A stretch of 64,000 bases of DNA, from positions 73,744 through 137,743 of the forward strand of contig JAKAJD010000001.1 in assembly GCA_021813945.1 (NCBI GenBank). Reading direction: 5' to 3'. This stretch comes from a bacterium (GTDB taxonomy: Bacteria; Patescibacteriota; Microgenomatia; Curtissbacterales; GWA2-41-24). A program made the translations under genes and the position numbers. Of the stretch, positions 1 to 10,277 are shown piece by piece (the stretch's first letter is position 1; every line of letters starts with the position of its first letter). The notes under the pieces were generated by a model. The model did not search any database. It had not been told where the DNA came from and worked only from the letters and a program-made list of their open reading frames with translations.

Positions 1-90
1 TCACGAAAACGTATCAATAACTAGATTTTTAGGGATTGCAATTATGCTTGTTGGCATATTCGTGGTAGCCCGTTCTTAACAAACCCCTTT

Positions 91-1014
91 ATGGATAAAG
101 TTCTCATAACAGGTGGATCTGGGTTTATAGGTTCTAATCTAGCCAATTATTTGTATGACCTTGGAACAAAAGTTTATGTAATAGACGATTTATCCAAAGG
201 GAAAAAAGAATATTTAAAAAAAGGTATTCAATTAGAAGTAACAGACATCGCTTCAAACAAAGCAATCGACTTTATCAAGAAGGTTAAACCAGAATTCATT
301 GTCCACTTAGCTGCGCAATCGAATCAAGAAATATCATTTAAGAATCCGAAAGCTGATTTAGAAAAAAACTTCTTTCCCATTGCAAAAATCACTGAGGTGG
401 CTTCTCAAATCAAAGTCAAAAAATTTGTTTTTTCCTCCTCGGCAGCAATTTATGCAGAAACAGAAAATGTTCCGATAGACGAGTTGTCGAAAAAAGAGCC
501 AACATCCCCCTACGGGGTCAGTAAGCTTTGCTCGGAATATTATCTTAACTTTGCGGGCAAACACTATAACTTGCCATATATTACTCTAAGATTTTCAAAT
601 GTTTACGGAGAAAATCAAGATTCGACCGCAGAAGGAGGTGTGGTTGCAATTTTTATCCTAAAAGCCATAAAAGGTGAAAAAATAACAATTTTCGGCAGTG
701 GTGAGCAAACCAGGGATTTTATATATGTAAAAGACGTCATCGATCTAATATATAGGTCTATGAATTCTCAACTTAAGGGGGAATTTAACGTCGGAACATC
801 CAGGGAGACATCTATTAATACATTATCAAATCTTATATTAAAAATTACGAATAAAAAACTTTCTGTTCAGTACGAAAAAAATCGGAACTTTGGCGTAAAG
901 CGAAACGCCCTTTCCAATCAAAAAATCTATCGGCATCTAAATTGGAAGCCTAAAATCTCCCTAGAGACTGGTTTAAATTTAACGGCAAATTTTTTTAAGG
1001 TTAGATCATCGTGA
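91..1014 (+). CDS. NAD-dependent nucleotide-sugar epimerase/dehydratase (extended SDR, GalE-like)
   Basis: N-terminal Rossmann motif VLITGGSGFIGSNL and catalytic YxxxK (PYGVSKLCSE). Length 307 aa. ATG at 91. Confidence 0.8.
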   Translation: MDKVLITGGSGFIGSNLANYLYDLGTKVYVIDDLSKGKKEYLKKGIQLEVTDIASNKAIDFIKKVKPEFIVHLAAQSNQEISFKNPKADLEKNFFPIAKITEVASQIKVKKFVFSSSAAIYAETENVPIDELSKKEPTSPYGVSKLCSEYYLNFAGKHYNLPYITLRFSNVYGENQDSTAEGGVVAIFILKAIKGEKITIFGSGEQTRDFIYVKDVIDLIYRSMNSQLKGEFNVGTSRETSINTLSNLILKITNKKLSVQYEKNRNFGVKRNALSNQKIYRHLNWKPKISLETGLNLTANFFKVRSS

Positions 1015-1700
1015 AGGTTTTAATAATTATTCCCGCCTATAATGAACAAAAATCGATAGGAGATGTCTTAGACCGCCTAATAAAAGTAAGACTAGAAGGT
1101 GCCGAAAGGGAAATTATAGTAGTCAACGATGGTTCTACAGACAGAACTGCCAAGGAGGTATCAAAAAGAAATGTACCAATTCTAAATCATGTAATAAATA
1201 GAGGACTCGGCGGTGCTCTTCAAACAGGGTTTGAATATGCCAGGAGAGTTAAACCTGACTACATAGTGACAATCGACTCAGACGGTCAACACAATCCCCA
1301 AGACATAGAAAAACTGATAAAGCCGCTTTTAGGAGGTCACGCAGACGTTGTTATTGGATCACGTATGCTCCAGAATCAAAAAATGCCATTGGATCGAAAA
1401 ATAATAAATCACCTTGCAAATATAGTTACATTTTTGCTTTGGTCTATCTGGATAACCGACAGTCAATCCGGCTTAAGGGCTTTCACGATGAAAGCAGTCG
1501 AAAAAATTAACATCAAAACAAACAGGATGGAAGTTTCAAGCGAATTGATAAAGGAAATCGGCAAAAATCACCTAAGGGTGGCGGAAGTACCTATTAGCCC
1601 GATTTACACTACCTACTCTAGGAGCAAAGGGCAAAAAAATGCAAATGCATTAAATATTTTAGTAAAATTACTTATACATAAATTTGCAGACATAAAATGA
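1011..1700 (+). CDS. GT2 glycosyltransferase, short DPM1/GtrB/ArnC-like polyprenyl-phosphate sugar synthase
   Basis: IIPAYNE ... VVNDGSTD ... DSDGQH (DXD) motifs. 229 aa. GTG start overlapping the upstream stop (GTGA). Confidence 0.8.
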   Translation: MKVLIIIPAYNEQKSIGDVLDRLIKVRLEGAEREIIVVNDGSTDRTAKEVSKRNVPILNHVINRGLGGALQTGFEYARRVKPDYIVTIDSDGQHNPQDIEKLIKPLLGGHADVVIGSRMLQNQKMPLDRKIINHLANIVTFLLWSIWITDSQSGLRAFTMKAVEKINIKTNRMEVSSELIKEIGKNHLRVAEVPISPIYTTYSRSKGQKNANALNILVKLLIHKFADIK

Positions 1701-2050
1701 TAATCACAAAGATACTGATCACAGGTTTTGTTATTTTTGCTCTTTCCAGAGTGATACTTCGCTTCAAGGAGGGTAAAATATCATTCGTTGGTTTGCTTGG
1801 TTGGCTTTTGCTTTGGGGAACTATAGAAGTTATTGTATGGGCCCCTAAAATAACAACTGATTTTGCCAAAATATTCGGAATTGGTAGAGGTGTAGACCTT
1901 ATAATCTATGGCTCAATCGTTTCTATTTTCTACCTTATTTTCAGAATTTACGTAAAATTCGAAGACATGGAAAGACAAATTACGGAAGTTGTAAAAGCAA
2001 TTGCTTTAAAAAAGGTATCCAATAAACCTGTCCAAAAATCTTCTAAATGA
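1697..2050 (+). CDS. small 3-TM membrane protein (DUF2304/GtrA-like candidate partner of the preceding GT2)
   Basis: 117 aa with three hydrophobic helices (ILITGFVIFALSRVIL, FVGLLGWLLLWGTIEVIVWA, LIIYGSIVSIFYLIF). ATGA-coupled to the GT2 at 1011. Confidence 0.5.
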   Translation: MIITKILITGFVIFALSRVILRFKEGKISFVGLLGWLLLWGTIEVIVWAPKITTDFAKIFGIGRGVDLIIYGSIVSIFYLIFRIYVKFEDMERQITEVVKAIALKKVSNKPVQKSSK

Positions 2051-3174
2051 AAATTCTGCTAGTTACGGAATTTTTCCCTTCGGGGAATGATTTTAAATTT
2101 TCTGGAGGAGTAGAGGCAAGAACATTTTTTGTGGCCAAGCATCTATCTAAAAAGCATCAGGTTACAATCATAACTAGTCGTCTTTTTGGGACTCCAAAGG
2201 AAGAAATTAGGCTAGGGTTTAAAATAATAAGAGTTGGAAATTCGAGAAAGTACAAAGCCACGACAGGAAGCGTAATTAGTCGGTTAAAGTTTATATACGA
2301 TGTAATTCGAGAAGCCAAAAACAATTCATTTGATATAGTTGAAGGTACAAATTTTATCACGCACTTTATCGCCAAAAGGATATCAGTTCAGCAAAAAATT
2401 CCTGTAGTTTTTTGGTACCCAGATGTATGGGTTGGATCATGGATTAAAAATGCTGGCCTCACAGGAATTTTTGGCGAAATCTTAGAAAGGGTAAATATTT
2501 TATCTCAAGCTGATTGTTACATAGCAATTTCTCAAACAACGGCAAATAAATTAAAAAACAAAGTAAGTAACAAAGTAAATATAATCTACTGTGGTGTTGA
2601 TCAAAATGAATTTGTTGCTAAATACAAAAAGTTTCCTAATCCAACTCTCATTTGTGTTTCAAGACTAGCGAAGTATAAAAACACTAAAACTCTTATCTTT
2701 GCATTTGCATATCTCAGAAAAAAAATCAAAAATCTAAATCTTTTACTCGTAGGAAACGGACCCCAGAAAAAAGCTTTAGTTTCTTTATCTAAAGCTTTAA
2801 ATGTAGAAAACCATGTGAAATTTGTTTCTAACATCCCGAGAAAAGAATTAATCAAACTTTATAAATCGTCGCATGTATTTTCTCTACCGAGCCACGTAGA
2901 AGGTTTTGGAATTGCTACTATAGAAGCAGCTGAATCTGGTCTGCCTTATGTTAACAGTGATATAGAAATTCAACGGGAGATCACACAAAATTCGAAAGGT
3001 GGTTTTTTAGTAAATCCTAACGAACCGCTTATGTTTGCAGAAAAATTTGAAGATTTATTAAATAACAAGACCCTATATTCGAAAAAATCGCAAGAAGCAA
3101 AATTACTAGCCAAAAGTTATAGATGGGATCAAATAGCCAAGCAAACTGAATCAGTTTATAAATCTCTCTTATGA
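2047..3174 (+). CDS. GT-B fold glycosyltransferase (GT4 family)
   Basis: C-terminal EX7E-type motif EGFGIATIEAAESGLPYV. ATGA overlap with the upstream gene. Confidence 0.8.
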   Translation: MKILLVTEFFPSGNDFKFSGGVEARTFFVAKHLSKKHQVTIITSRLFGTPKEEIRLGFKIIRVGNSRKYKATTGSVISRLKFIYDVIREAKNNSFDIVEGTNFITHFIAKRISVQQKIPVVFWYPDVWVGSWIKNAGLTGIFGEILERVNILSQADCYIAISQTTANKLKNKVSNKVNIIYCGVDQNEFVAKYKKFPNPTLICVSRLAKYKNTKTLIFAFAYLRKKIKNLNLLLVGNGPQKKALVSLSKALNVENHVKFVSNIPRKELIKLYKSSHVFSLPSHVEGFGIATIEAAESGLPYVNSDIEIQREITQNSKGGFLVNPNEPLMFAEKFEDLLNNKTLYSKKSQEAKLLAKSYRWDQIAKQTESVYKSLL

Positions 3175-4259
3175 AAATTGCAGTACTTATAGATACGTGG
3201 TTTCCTGCGGTTGGAGGGGGTCAAATAAATGCTTGGGAAATTTCTAGTAGACTCGCTCAAAATGGACAAATTATTGAAATTATTACAAGAAATTGCGGTG
3301 TAGATAATTACAAAGGTTCTAAATATCTGACGATAAGAAAACTTGGCAGATTGTCAAAGCCTACTGATGACATTGCCAGACTGAAATACCTTTTCGAATC
3401 CCTAATCTATTTAATTAAAAATGATTTTGATGTAGTTTTGGCTCATGCATTTTTGCCGGGACTAGTAGCAAAGATCTTTATGATTATCAAAGGGAAACCG
3501 GCGATTTTTATTGTGCATGGTACGTCTATTGATACTAATCTTTTAAAAGGGTTTAAGGCTTGGCTAGAAAAATTTATATCGACCCAGATAAAATATTCTG
3601 CCCAAATAACTGTATCTCGGGATTTTCTGAAAGTAAAAAACGTCAATGACAAGATTGAATATATTCCAAACGGAATAAATCCAATATTTTTTAAACAGCC
3701 AGTCGAGCTTAAAAAACGGGTAAAAAAACAATTACTTTTCGTTGGGCGACTTCACCCTCAAAAAAACCTAATTAACCTTATTGAAGCGATAAAAATCTTA
3801 AAAACAGAAAGCTTTCCTGTTGAACTGTTAATTGTTGGCGACGGCCCCCAAAAACGCCAGATAAAAGAGTTGATCAAAAAATACAATCTTGAAGATTTTG
3901 TAAAACTAGAAGGTCCAAAAACACCTAGTCAGCTTATTAACTACTACCTTGCTTCAACTGCCTTTATTCTGCCCTCGATTTATGAAGGTCAGGCACTAAC
4001 ACTTCTAGAAGCTTGGGCATGCAAATTGCCAGTTATTGTTTCAAAAACTGGCGATAATACTTATTTGGTGAAAGAAGGCAAGAACGGATATTTTATCCAA
4101 AATCAAGACGATCCAATAAGTATCAGCAAAGCTATTAAAAAAGCTTTAAACAATAATGAATTAGGCAAAATTGGCCAAAATGGTTTTCTTGATGTAAAAA
4201 ATTATTTTTCCTGGGATTATTCTGCACAACAAATCATAAAGTTATTAAAAAATTTATAA
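3171..4259 (+). CDS. GT-B fold glycosyltransferase (GT4 family)
   Basis: YEGQALTLLEAWACKLPVIVS motif. ATGA overlap. Confidence 0.8.
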   Translation: MKIAVLIDTWFPAVGGGQINAWEISSRLAQNGQIIEIITRNCGVDNYKGSKYLTIRKLGRLSKPTDDIARLKYLFESLIYLIKNDFDVVLAHAFLPGLVAKIFMIIKGKPAIFIVHGTSIDTNLLKGFKAWLEKFISTQIKYSAQITVSRDFLKVKNVNDKIEYIPNGINPIFFKQPVELKKRVKKQLLFVGRLHPQKNLINLIEAIKILKTESFPVELLIVGDGPQKRQIKELIKKYNLEDFVKLEGPKTPSQLINYYLASTAFILPSIYEGQALTLLEAWACKLPVIVSKTGDNTYLVKEGKNGYFIQNQDDPISISKAIKKALNNNELGKIGQNGFLDVKNYFSWDYSAQQIIKLLKNL

Positions 4260-4261
4260 CT

Positions 4262-5038
4262 ATGGTACAGGCTCCACTAACACCTTCAAGATACGACTCA
4301 ACAGAATTTCTAAAAAAAAGGTTACAACCTATTTTAAAGAGGAATCAAAAAATTATGGATGTTGGTTGTGGTAAATTATTTTTTCTGGATTTTATATTGA
4401 AAACTAAAAAAAAGATAAATTATTTTGGAATAGACATAAGCCCGAAAACAAATATTAAATTCAAAAAAAATATTAAAGGCAAAATAGTAAAAAAAAGCAT
4501 TTTATCTTTTAATTCAAATAAAAAATTCGATTTAATTGTTTGTTTATGGGTATTAGAGCATATCGAGAATGATATGATCGCACAAAAAATAATGATCAAG
4601 CATTTAAAAAGTAACGGTTATCTTATTATCGCAGTGCCGAGCATATGGACCTGGCCTTTTGAGTTCGGCAGACACGGTTTCCATTATTATTCCTTAGAAG
4701 CAATAAAAAAAATTTCCACAAAAGAAGGCCTCGCCATAAAAGAAACATACAGGGCGGGTGGTCTATTTGGCTTACTTTTTACACTGGCATATAATTGGCC
4801 AAGATTTGTCATTTTAGTTGTGTGTTTTCCTGTATATAAATTTCTTTCATCAACAAAAATCATTTCAACTCCTTGGTCAGAATTTTCAAAAAAAGTTATA
4901 GATTCAACCTGGTATAGATATCATAAGAATCCACAATTAGTTAATTTGCATAATCGGATTGTTAAGGCAATTGTTAGACTAGATAATAGGATAAAAATTT
5001 TTCCGCAAAGTTACATTATAATATTCCAGAAGCCATGA
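4262..5038 (+). CDS. class I SAM-dependent methyltransferase with hydrophobic C-terminal segment
   Basis: SAM motif I IMDVGCGKLFF. Acidic post-I motif FDLIVCLWVLEH. C-terminal stretch AGGLFGLLFTLAYNWPRFVILVVCFPVY looks membrane-embedded. Confidence 0.7.
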   Translation: MVQAPLTPSRYDSTEFLKKRLQPILKRNQKIMDVGCGKLFFLDFILKTKKKINYFGIDISPKTNIKFKKNIKGKIVKKSILSFNSNKKFDLIVCLWVLEHIENDMIAQKIMIKHLKSNGYLIIAVPSIWTWPFEFGRHGFHYYSLEAIKKISTKEGLAIKETYRAGGLFGLLFTLAYNWPRFVILVVCFPVYKFLSSTKIISTPWSEFSKKVIDSTWYRYHKNPQLVNLHNRIVKAIVRLDNRIKIFPQSYIIIFQKP

Positions 5039-5838
5039 AAGGACCTAAAATTAGTGTCATTTTGTCAGTTTATAATGGCATGCCCTTTCTAAAATATGCT
5101 GTAGAAAGCATCCTTAAACAAACATATAGCAACTTTGAATTCATTATAGTTAACGACGCATCAAATGACGGAACTTTAAAATATCTCAAGAGCTTAAAAG
5201 ACAAGCGCATCAAAATTATCACTAATCAAAAAAATCTCGGCCTTGCGGCTTCTTTAAACAAAGCACTTTCAATCGCGAAAGGAGAATATATTGCTCGTAT
5301 GGATGCGGATGATATAAGTCTTCCAAACAGGTTTAAAACTCAAGTTGAATATCTACGCGCAAATCCTGAAGTCAGCCTCTGTGGCTGCTGGGTTGATCTT
5401 ATAGACAAGAATGGAAAAGTCATTGGAGAAAAAAGATATCCTGCAAATGACTTAGAATTAAAAAACGCCCTCAAATGGTATCAGCCAATTGTTCACCCAA
5501 CTTTTATGGCAACAAAGAAATTCTATAAAAGTTTAAATGGATATGACACTCAGTTTGATTATGCGGAAGATTATGAACTCTTATCAAGGGCAATCAAAAA
5601 TAATAAATTTGCAAACATCCCATCGAAATTATTTTTATGGAGGCTAGCAAATGATAGGAGATCAAGAAGATATATGAGAAACATAGATATTGCTGACTAT
5701 AAAGTAAAACTTAAAATCCTAAAAGAAAATTACTTTGGAAAATTGTATATCCTATATGTATTTAAAAAATTCATCACAACCTTTTTAATCCCTATTGAGT
5801 TAAAAATGTTTATCGCAAAAAAATTTAAACTTGCGTGA
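5035..5838 (+). CDS. GT2 glycosyltransferase
   Basis: SVILSVYNG ... FIIVNDASNDGT ... ARMDADD motifs. Confidence 0.8.
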   Translation: MKGPKISVILSVYNGMPFLKYAVESILKQTYSNFEFIIVNDASNDGTLKYLKSLKDKRIKIITNQKNLGLAASLNKALSIAKGEYIARMDADDISLPNRFKTQVEYLRANPEVSLCGCWVDLIDKNGKVIGEKRYPANDLELKNALKWYQPIVHPTFMATKKFYKSLNGYDTQFDYAEDYELLSRAIKNNKFANIPSKLFLWRLANDRRSRRYMRNIDIADYKVKLKILKENYFGKLYILYVFKKFITTFLIPIELKMFIAKKFKLA

Positions 5839-7391
5839 AGTCAAAGCTTAAAATTAGAAAAACGCTAGCTCAACATTACGATTTAATCATTGGTTTTCTA
5901 CTTTTCATATCTTACCGGCTTTTTTTCACTTGGATTTTATGGCATGGCCGACATGTTCCACCAGAACCAGACGACTCTTATTATTATCTGGCAAACGCAA
6001 AACATTTTCTAACTATCGACACATTCGAAAGGTTTAGATTGCTACCCTTTTCGCTTTGGTTGAATTTACTGAGCATTTTTACCAAGTTCAATTTAGAAAC
6101 GGCATATCAGTTAAATTTTTATCTTGGGCCAATAATAATGTTTGCGGCGATCTATTATTTTGTCCACGAACTAGAAAATAGCCGCATTATCCGCCTACTT
6201 CTGTTAGTCATAGTTGGGCTGTATTCTGGCAGTGGTGATTATCATGGTTTCTATTGGGTAGTTGAAAGTTTTTATCAGCTTGCAGTCTTTTTTATAATTT
6301 TTGGCATACTGATAAGGGATCAGAAAATAAAAGTACGTTGGTTATTGCCTATCTGCTTCTTGTTTATTTTTATTCATCCAACAAGCGCTTTTTTGTCAGC
6401 AATTTTTATACTTTATCCAATATTCCTTTTCTTGCTGGCAAAAACAGATTCAACGAGAGCTTTTAAAAATTCATTTCTGCTAATCATTAGTTTAGGAATT
6501 CCATTCCTCGTATATTTAATCCTAAGCAAAGCTTACCCAAGTGCAAATAGTCCACAGTCAATAGATATTCAAACTCGTTTAATAAGAGAATTCTTCTTAG
6601 GAAGATTAAGTCCCATTAGTTTTTCCGTAATTTGGCAAAATTATTTTGCAATATTTTTTATAAATATTGGCACAATAGTGATATATTTTGCTATGTTTGC
6701 ATTAGCTTATTATCAAAGAAAATTTAAACTTCTCGCAATATTTTTTTCAATTTCTGTGGTTGTTTTGCTTTCATCGTTTATACCTTATGGCTCAAGGACT
6801 TTAAATTTCCTTTGGCCCACAACATTCTTCTTAATAGCTTATTTTTTAGTAGGAATTTGGAGAGTGCTGGAAAAAACTAATTCTAGATTAAAATTAAGAT
6901 ATCTTACTATGTTACCCGTGGCAGCACTATTTTTTATAGTGACTATATTTAACATAATTTCAGTTTCTGCCGAAAACGGGGCAAAAAACTATAATTGGTA
7001 TAGACCCTGTATAAGTCAAGCTCAAAATTTTAACTTATACTTTACTTCCCACGAATCAATGAATGCCTTTTCGCTTTACCAAGACAGTGAAAAAAATCTG
7101 CATTTTTTATCTATAGAGGCGTTGAATAGCTTGTCAAACTCTGAAAATTTGTTAATAGAAACAAAAAACGAAAACTTAAAACCGCAGCCATTAAACGGAA
7201 TTGAAGAATATTTAACAAGCAGAATCACGCGCAGGAGCGCTCTTGGCAATGTTCAGTATCCACAAAATGCATGGACGACACCAGCAGCGGATCTGGAATC
7301 TATAAAGGAATTCTTAGATAAAAAAAACCTAGAACTTGAAAGCTATCTAGATTGCGGTCACTTTAAAACCTCAATTATCAAAACGTTATGA
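5835..7391 (+). CDS. polytopic membrane protein, putative GT-C glycosyltransferase
   Basis: More than 10 hydrophobic helices. Acidic pair after the first helix (PPEPDDSYYYLANAKHF) as in the first extracytoplasmic loop of ArnT/PMT-type GT-C. Soluble C-terminal ~120 aa. GTG start. Confidence 0.45.
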   Translation: MKSKLKIRKTLAQHYDLIIGFLLFISYRLFFTWILWHGRHVPPEPDDSYYYLANAKHFLTIDTFERFRLLPFSLWLNLLSIFTKFNLETAYQLNFYLGPIIMFAAIYYFVHELENSRIIRLLLLVIVGLYSGSGDYHGFYWVVESFYQLAVFFIIFGILIRDQKIKVRWLLPICFLFIFIHPTSAFLSAIFILYPIFLFLLAKTDSTRAFKNSFLLIISLGIPFLVYLILSKAYPSANSPQSIDIQTRLIREFFLGRLSPISFSVIWQNYFAIFFINIGTIVIYFAMFALAYYQRKFKLLAIFFSISVVVLLSSFIPYGSRTLNFLWPTTFFLIAYFLVGIWRVLEKTNSRLKLRYLTMLPVAALFFIVTIFNIISVSAENGAKNYNWYRPCISQAQNFNLYFTSHESMNAFSLYQDSEKNLHFLSIEALNSLSNSENLLIETKNENLKPQPLNGIEEYLTSRITRRSALGNVQYPQNAWTTPAADLESIKEFLDKKNLELESYLDCGHFKTSIIKTL

Positions 7392-8506
7392 AGATTTGCT
7401 CTCCTCAACTAGGCCTTAACCCTAAATCCAATCTTGGAGGAGAAATTCACGACCATTTTGTTATTCACAACCTTGCAAAAAGAGGTCATAAAATTTTTGT
7501 TTATTTGCCAAAAGGAAGAAACTATCAAAAAAACCCGAACATTATTATAAAACGAGCGCCAATAAAGCACATACCGGCGTTTATATTTAATTTGCTTATA
7601 ATCCCTTATTTATTCAAAGCCTACAAAGAGGAAAAATTCGATATTTTACGTGTTCACAACCCATATTTTGTTGGTTTGGGAGCGATAGTTTTTAAGTTCT
7701 TCTATCCCAATGTGCCTGTCATTGCAACGTATCATCTTGAAGAAAAGTCACCAATATTTACATTAATCAATAAACTAACCATAAATAGGTACGACAAGAT
7801 TATTTGTGTCAGCAATTATTTAAAGAATTGGCTTATGAATGATTACAATGTGGAAAGTAAAAAAATTAGTGTTATATACAATGGAGTAGATCCTAATATA
7901 AGGCCTGCAGCAAAAAATGGGAACTTTCTAAAAAAATATAATCTTGGCGGAAAATTTACGATCCTTTTCATGGGCTTATTAATTCCAAGAAAAAACCCTT
8001 TATTCCTAATTAAAGTTTTCAAGCAACTAAAAAAGAATCACAGAAATGTGTCATTAATGATTTGCGGTTCCGGTCCTTTAAAAAATCAAATACGTGAATT
8101 TATTAAAAAAAATATGCTTACCGATGTGCATTTAATAGATTCCATCTATGGTCAGGAGAAGAAAGAAATTTTTAACCTTTGCGATGTTTTTGCGCTACCC
8201 AGCCTTAACGAAGGTTTCGGACTAGTAGTTGCCGAGGCAATGGCATGTGCCAAACCTGTTGTTGTTGCAGACAATTCATCCCTTGTTGAGTTAGTTACTG
8301 ATGGTAAAGAAGGTTACACCTTAAATTATAATATTAATGCATGGGTTAACAAATTCACATCACTTATAAAAAACAAGGACTTAAGATTGAGCATCGGCCT
8401 GAGTGCTTCGTCTAAGGTCAAAAAGCAATTTAATTGGCAAATATCAACACAAATGTATGAAAGCGTTCTGTTAAGCTTGAAAGATGAGAATCCACCCCAG
8501 AATTAA
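7388..8506 (+). CDS. GT-B fold glycosyltransferase (GT4 family)
   Basis: NEGFGLVVAEAMACAKPVVV motif. Confidence 0.8.
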   Translation: MKICSPQLGLNPKSNLGGEIHDHFVIHNLAKRGHKIFVYLPKGRNYQKNPNIIIKRAPIKHIPAFIFNLLIIPYLFKAYKEEKFDILRVHNPYFVGLGAIVFKFFYPNVPVIATYHLEEKSPIFTLINKLTINRYDKIICVSNYLKNWLMNDYNVESKKISVIYNGVDPNIRPAAKNGNFLKKYNLGGKFTILFMGLLIPRKNPLFLIKVFKQLKKNHRNVSLMICGSGPLKNQIREFIKKNMLTDVHLIDSIYGQEKKEIFNLCDVFALPSLNEGFGLVVAEAMACAKPVVVADNSSLVELVTDGKEGYTLNYNINAWVNKFTSLIKNKDLRLSIGLSASSKVKKQFNWQISTQMYESVLLSLKDENPPQN

Positions 8507-10250
8507 TATCCTAATAGTTGTAGCGTTACTAGTAGGCTTTATTTACTTCTTGCCTCACTTAATTTTTTACAGTTTTAGTTTAAATAGAGGTGTATATTAT
8601 CCACTTAATTTTTCTGAGCTGGCATATGCATCCCAGGTAAAGGAAATAACAGAAGGCCATCTTTCCGTAGGCGACTCTCAAATTTTTGAATATAAAAATA
8701 TCTTTCCGCCCATCTATCCGTATGTACCTATTTTTACACTTGCGGCAATGGCATTATCTTCTGGATCAATTGCAAGTGCTTTCGTTATTAGCGATTTTGT
8801 TTTTCCGGCATTAATATTTTTAATGATTTACTTATTTTCAAAAAAAATAACAAAAAATTCTGAATTTTCAACCTTTAATGGTTTGGCAACAGTATTTTTA
8901 TACTCAATAACTACAAATATTCCTCCCATTACGCCTTACCTCATAAGTCAGTTTTTCAAAAAACTTCTCATTACCGATATAACAATGCCGCTTCAATTTT
9001 CAAGAACACCTAACCCGCAAATCAGTTTCATTTTCCTCTTGATACCATTATTCACTCTGTATTTTTATCTCCTTAGGCCGAGCGTTAGAAAATTAATAAT
9101 AATCACAATATTTGGAGCATTACTATTCAGCACCTACTTTTATCATGCAACCTTTTTTTATTTTACAATGCTTATTATTTTTGTAATTAGCTTATTCAGA
9201 AAGCAGTGGGATCAATCAAAACAGCTTATATTGTGCCTATCTGTTTTAACAGTCATCGCCTTACTTTATAGGCATTTGTCTTCGCAAGCACCCTATTCTT
9301 ATTCACAGATAATGGCAGGGTATTTTAATATAAAATACCCTGACTGGATTTTCAGTTTAAGATACCTTTCTATTTCAATAATCGTCTATTTTCTTGTTAG
9401 AGTTAAAAATGCCTCACTTTTAATATTTGCAACAGCCGTTGTTTTATCATCAATTGTGTGCATGAATTTTCAATTATTTTTTGGCTGGACAATTTCTCCG
9501 GGGCATTGGCCGCAAACAACCATTGAACCGGTTATATTAATTATCTTTCTGATAGCCCTCCATCAATATCTTGTAAACAAAGTATCTCTCGGCAAATTGT
9601 ATGTTATCTTAAGCATTTTAATATTAGCTCACGCTCTTATTTTCCAGCTTAAGTTTGCGGATAAGTTTATAAATAATGTTGTTATTTCCAATGATAAATA
9701 TGCGGCAATTACGTGGCTTAAAAATCATGCAGATAAAAATTCGGTGGTTTTATCACTCGACGTAGAAAAATTTCAGTCCTATATCACTGTGCTAACGAAT
9801 GCAAATAATTTTGTTCCTATTTACTCTTATCATTATGCTTCTTTGGACGAAATATGGATGCGAAATTTATATGCATATAAAATCTATTCGCTTGATATGT
9901 CAAATATAAAATTTGAGAGTTTAAAACCCGCCATTTATTCTTTTGGTGAAGCTTTTAACATAAATAAATATAAACATTACTCTTTAAACGAATACCCTCA
10001 GGAATATATTGCAAAAATGCAAAATTGTTTTCCTAGTATTTGCGCCGGATACTATGTGATTCCCAAAACTATTATGTCCTACTACAAATCGGTTTATCAA
10101 AATTTAAATTTAAGAGATATGCCTTATAAACTGGATTTTGTTGTCTATGGGGATTATGAAAGGAGAATAGGAGCCTCTCCTCCCAAAGGAGATATAGTTT
10201 ACACTTCAGGGGCTACAAGCATTTATAAAATGCCTAGCGATTTGCATTAG
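8484..10250 (+). CDS. large polytopic membrane protein, function unknown (possible GT-C)
   Basis: 588 aa. N-terminal two-thirds is strongly hydrophobic with many predicted TM helices. C-terminal ~170 aa is soluble. No diagnostic motif recognised. Confidence 0.4.
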   Translation: MRIHPRINILIVVALLVGFIYFLPHLIFYSFSLNRGVYYPLNFSELAYASQVKEITEGHLSVGDSQIFEYKNIFPPIYPYVPIFTLAAMALSSGSIASAFVISDFVFPALIFLMIYLFSKKITKNSEFSTFNGLATVFLYSITTNIPPITPYLISQFFKKLLITDITMPLQFSRTPNPQISFIFLLIPLFTLYFYLLRPSVRKLIIITIFGALLFSTYFYHATFFYFTMLIIFVISLFRKQWDQSKQLILCLSVLTVIALLYRHLSSQAPYSYSQIMAGYFNIKYPDWIFSLRYLSISIIVYFLVRVKNASLLIFATAVVLSSIVCMNFQLFFGWTISPGHWPQTTIEPVILIIFLIALHQYLVNKVSLGKLYVILSILILAHALIFQLKFADKFINNVVISNDKYAAITWLKNHADKNSVVLSLDVEKFQSYITVLTNANNFVPIYSYHYASLDEIWMRNLYAYKIYSLDMSNIKFESLKPAIYSFGEAFNINKYKHYSLNEYPQEYIAKMQNCFPSICAGYYVIPKTIMSYYKSVYQNLNLRDMPYKLDFVVYGDYERRIGASPPKGDIVYTSGATSIYKMPSDLH

Positions 10251-10277
10251 ATTTTGCCTGAAGCTATTATCAGTGGA

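Noticed and set aside
358-564. Short antisense or embedded ORFs from the six-frame track (for example 358-564, 1672-1869, 2157-2375, 3443-3652, 14095-14343, 20036-20236, 22603-23373, 34816-35337, 46701-47064 and similar)
   Set aside because: Each lies entirely inside, and antisense or out of frame to, a longer ORF with clear family motifs. Their products are low-complexity with no recognisable domains. They are typical AT-rich-genome shadow ORFs.
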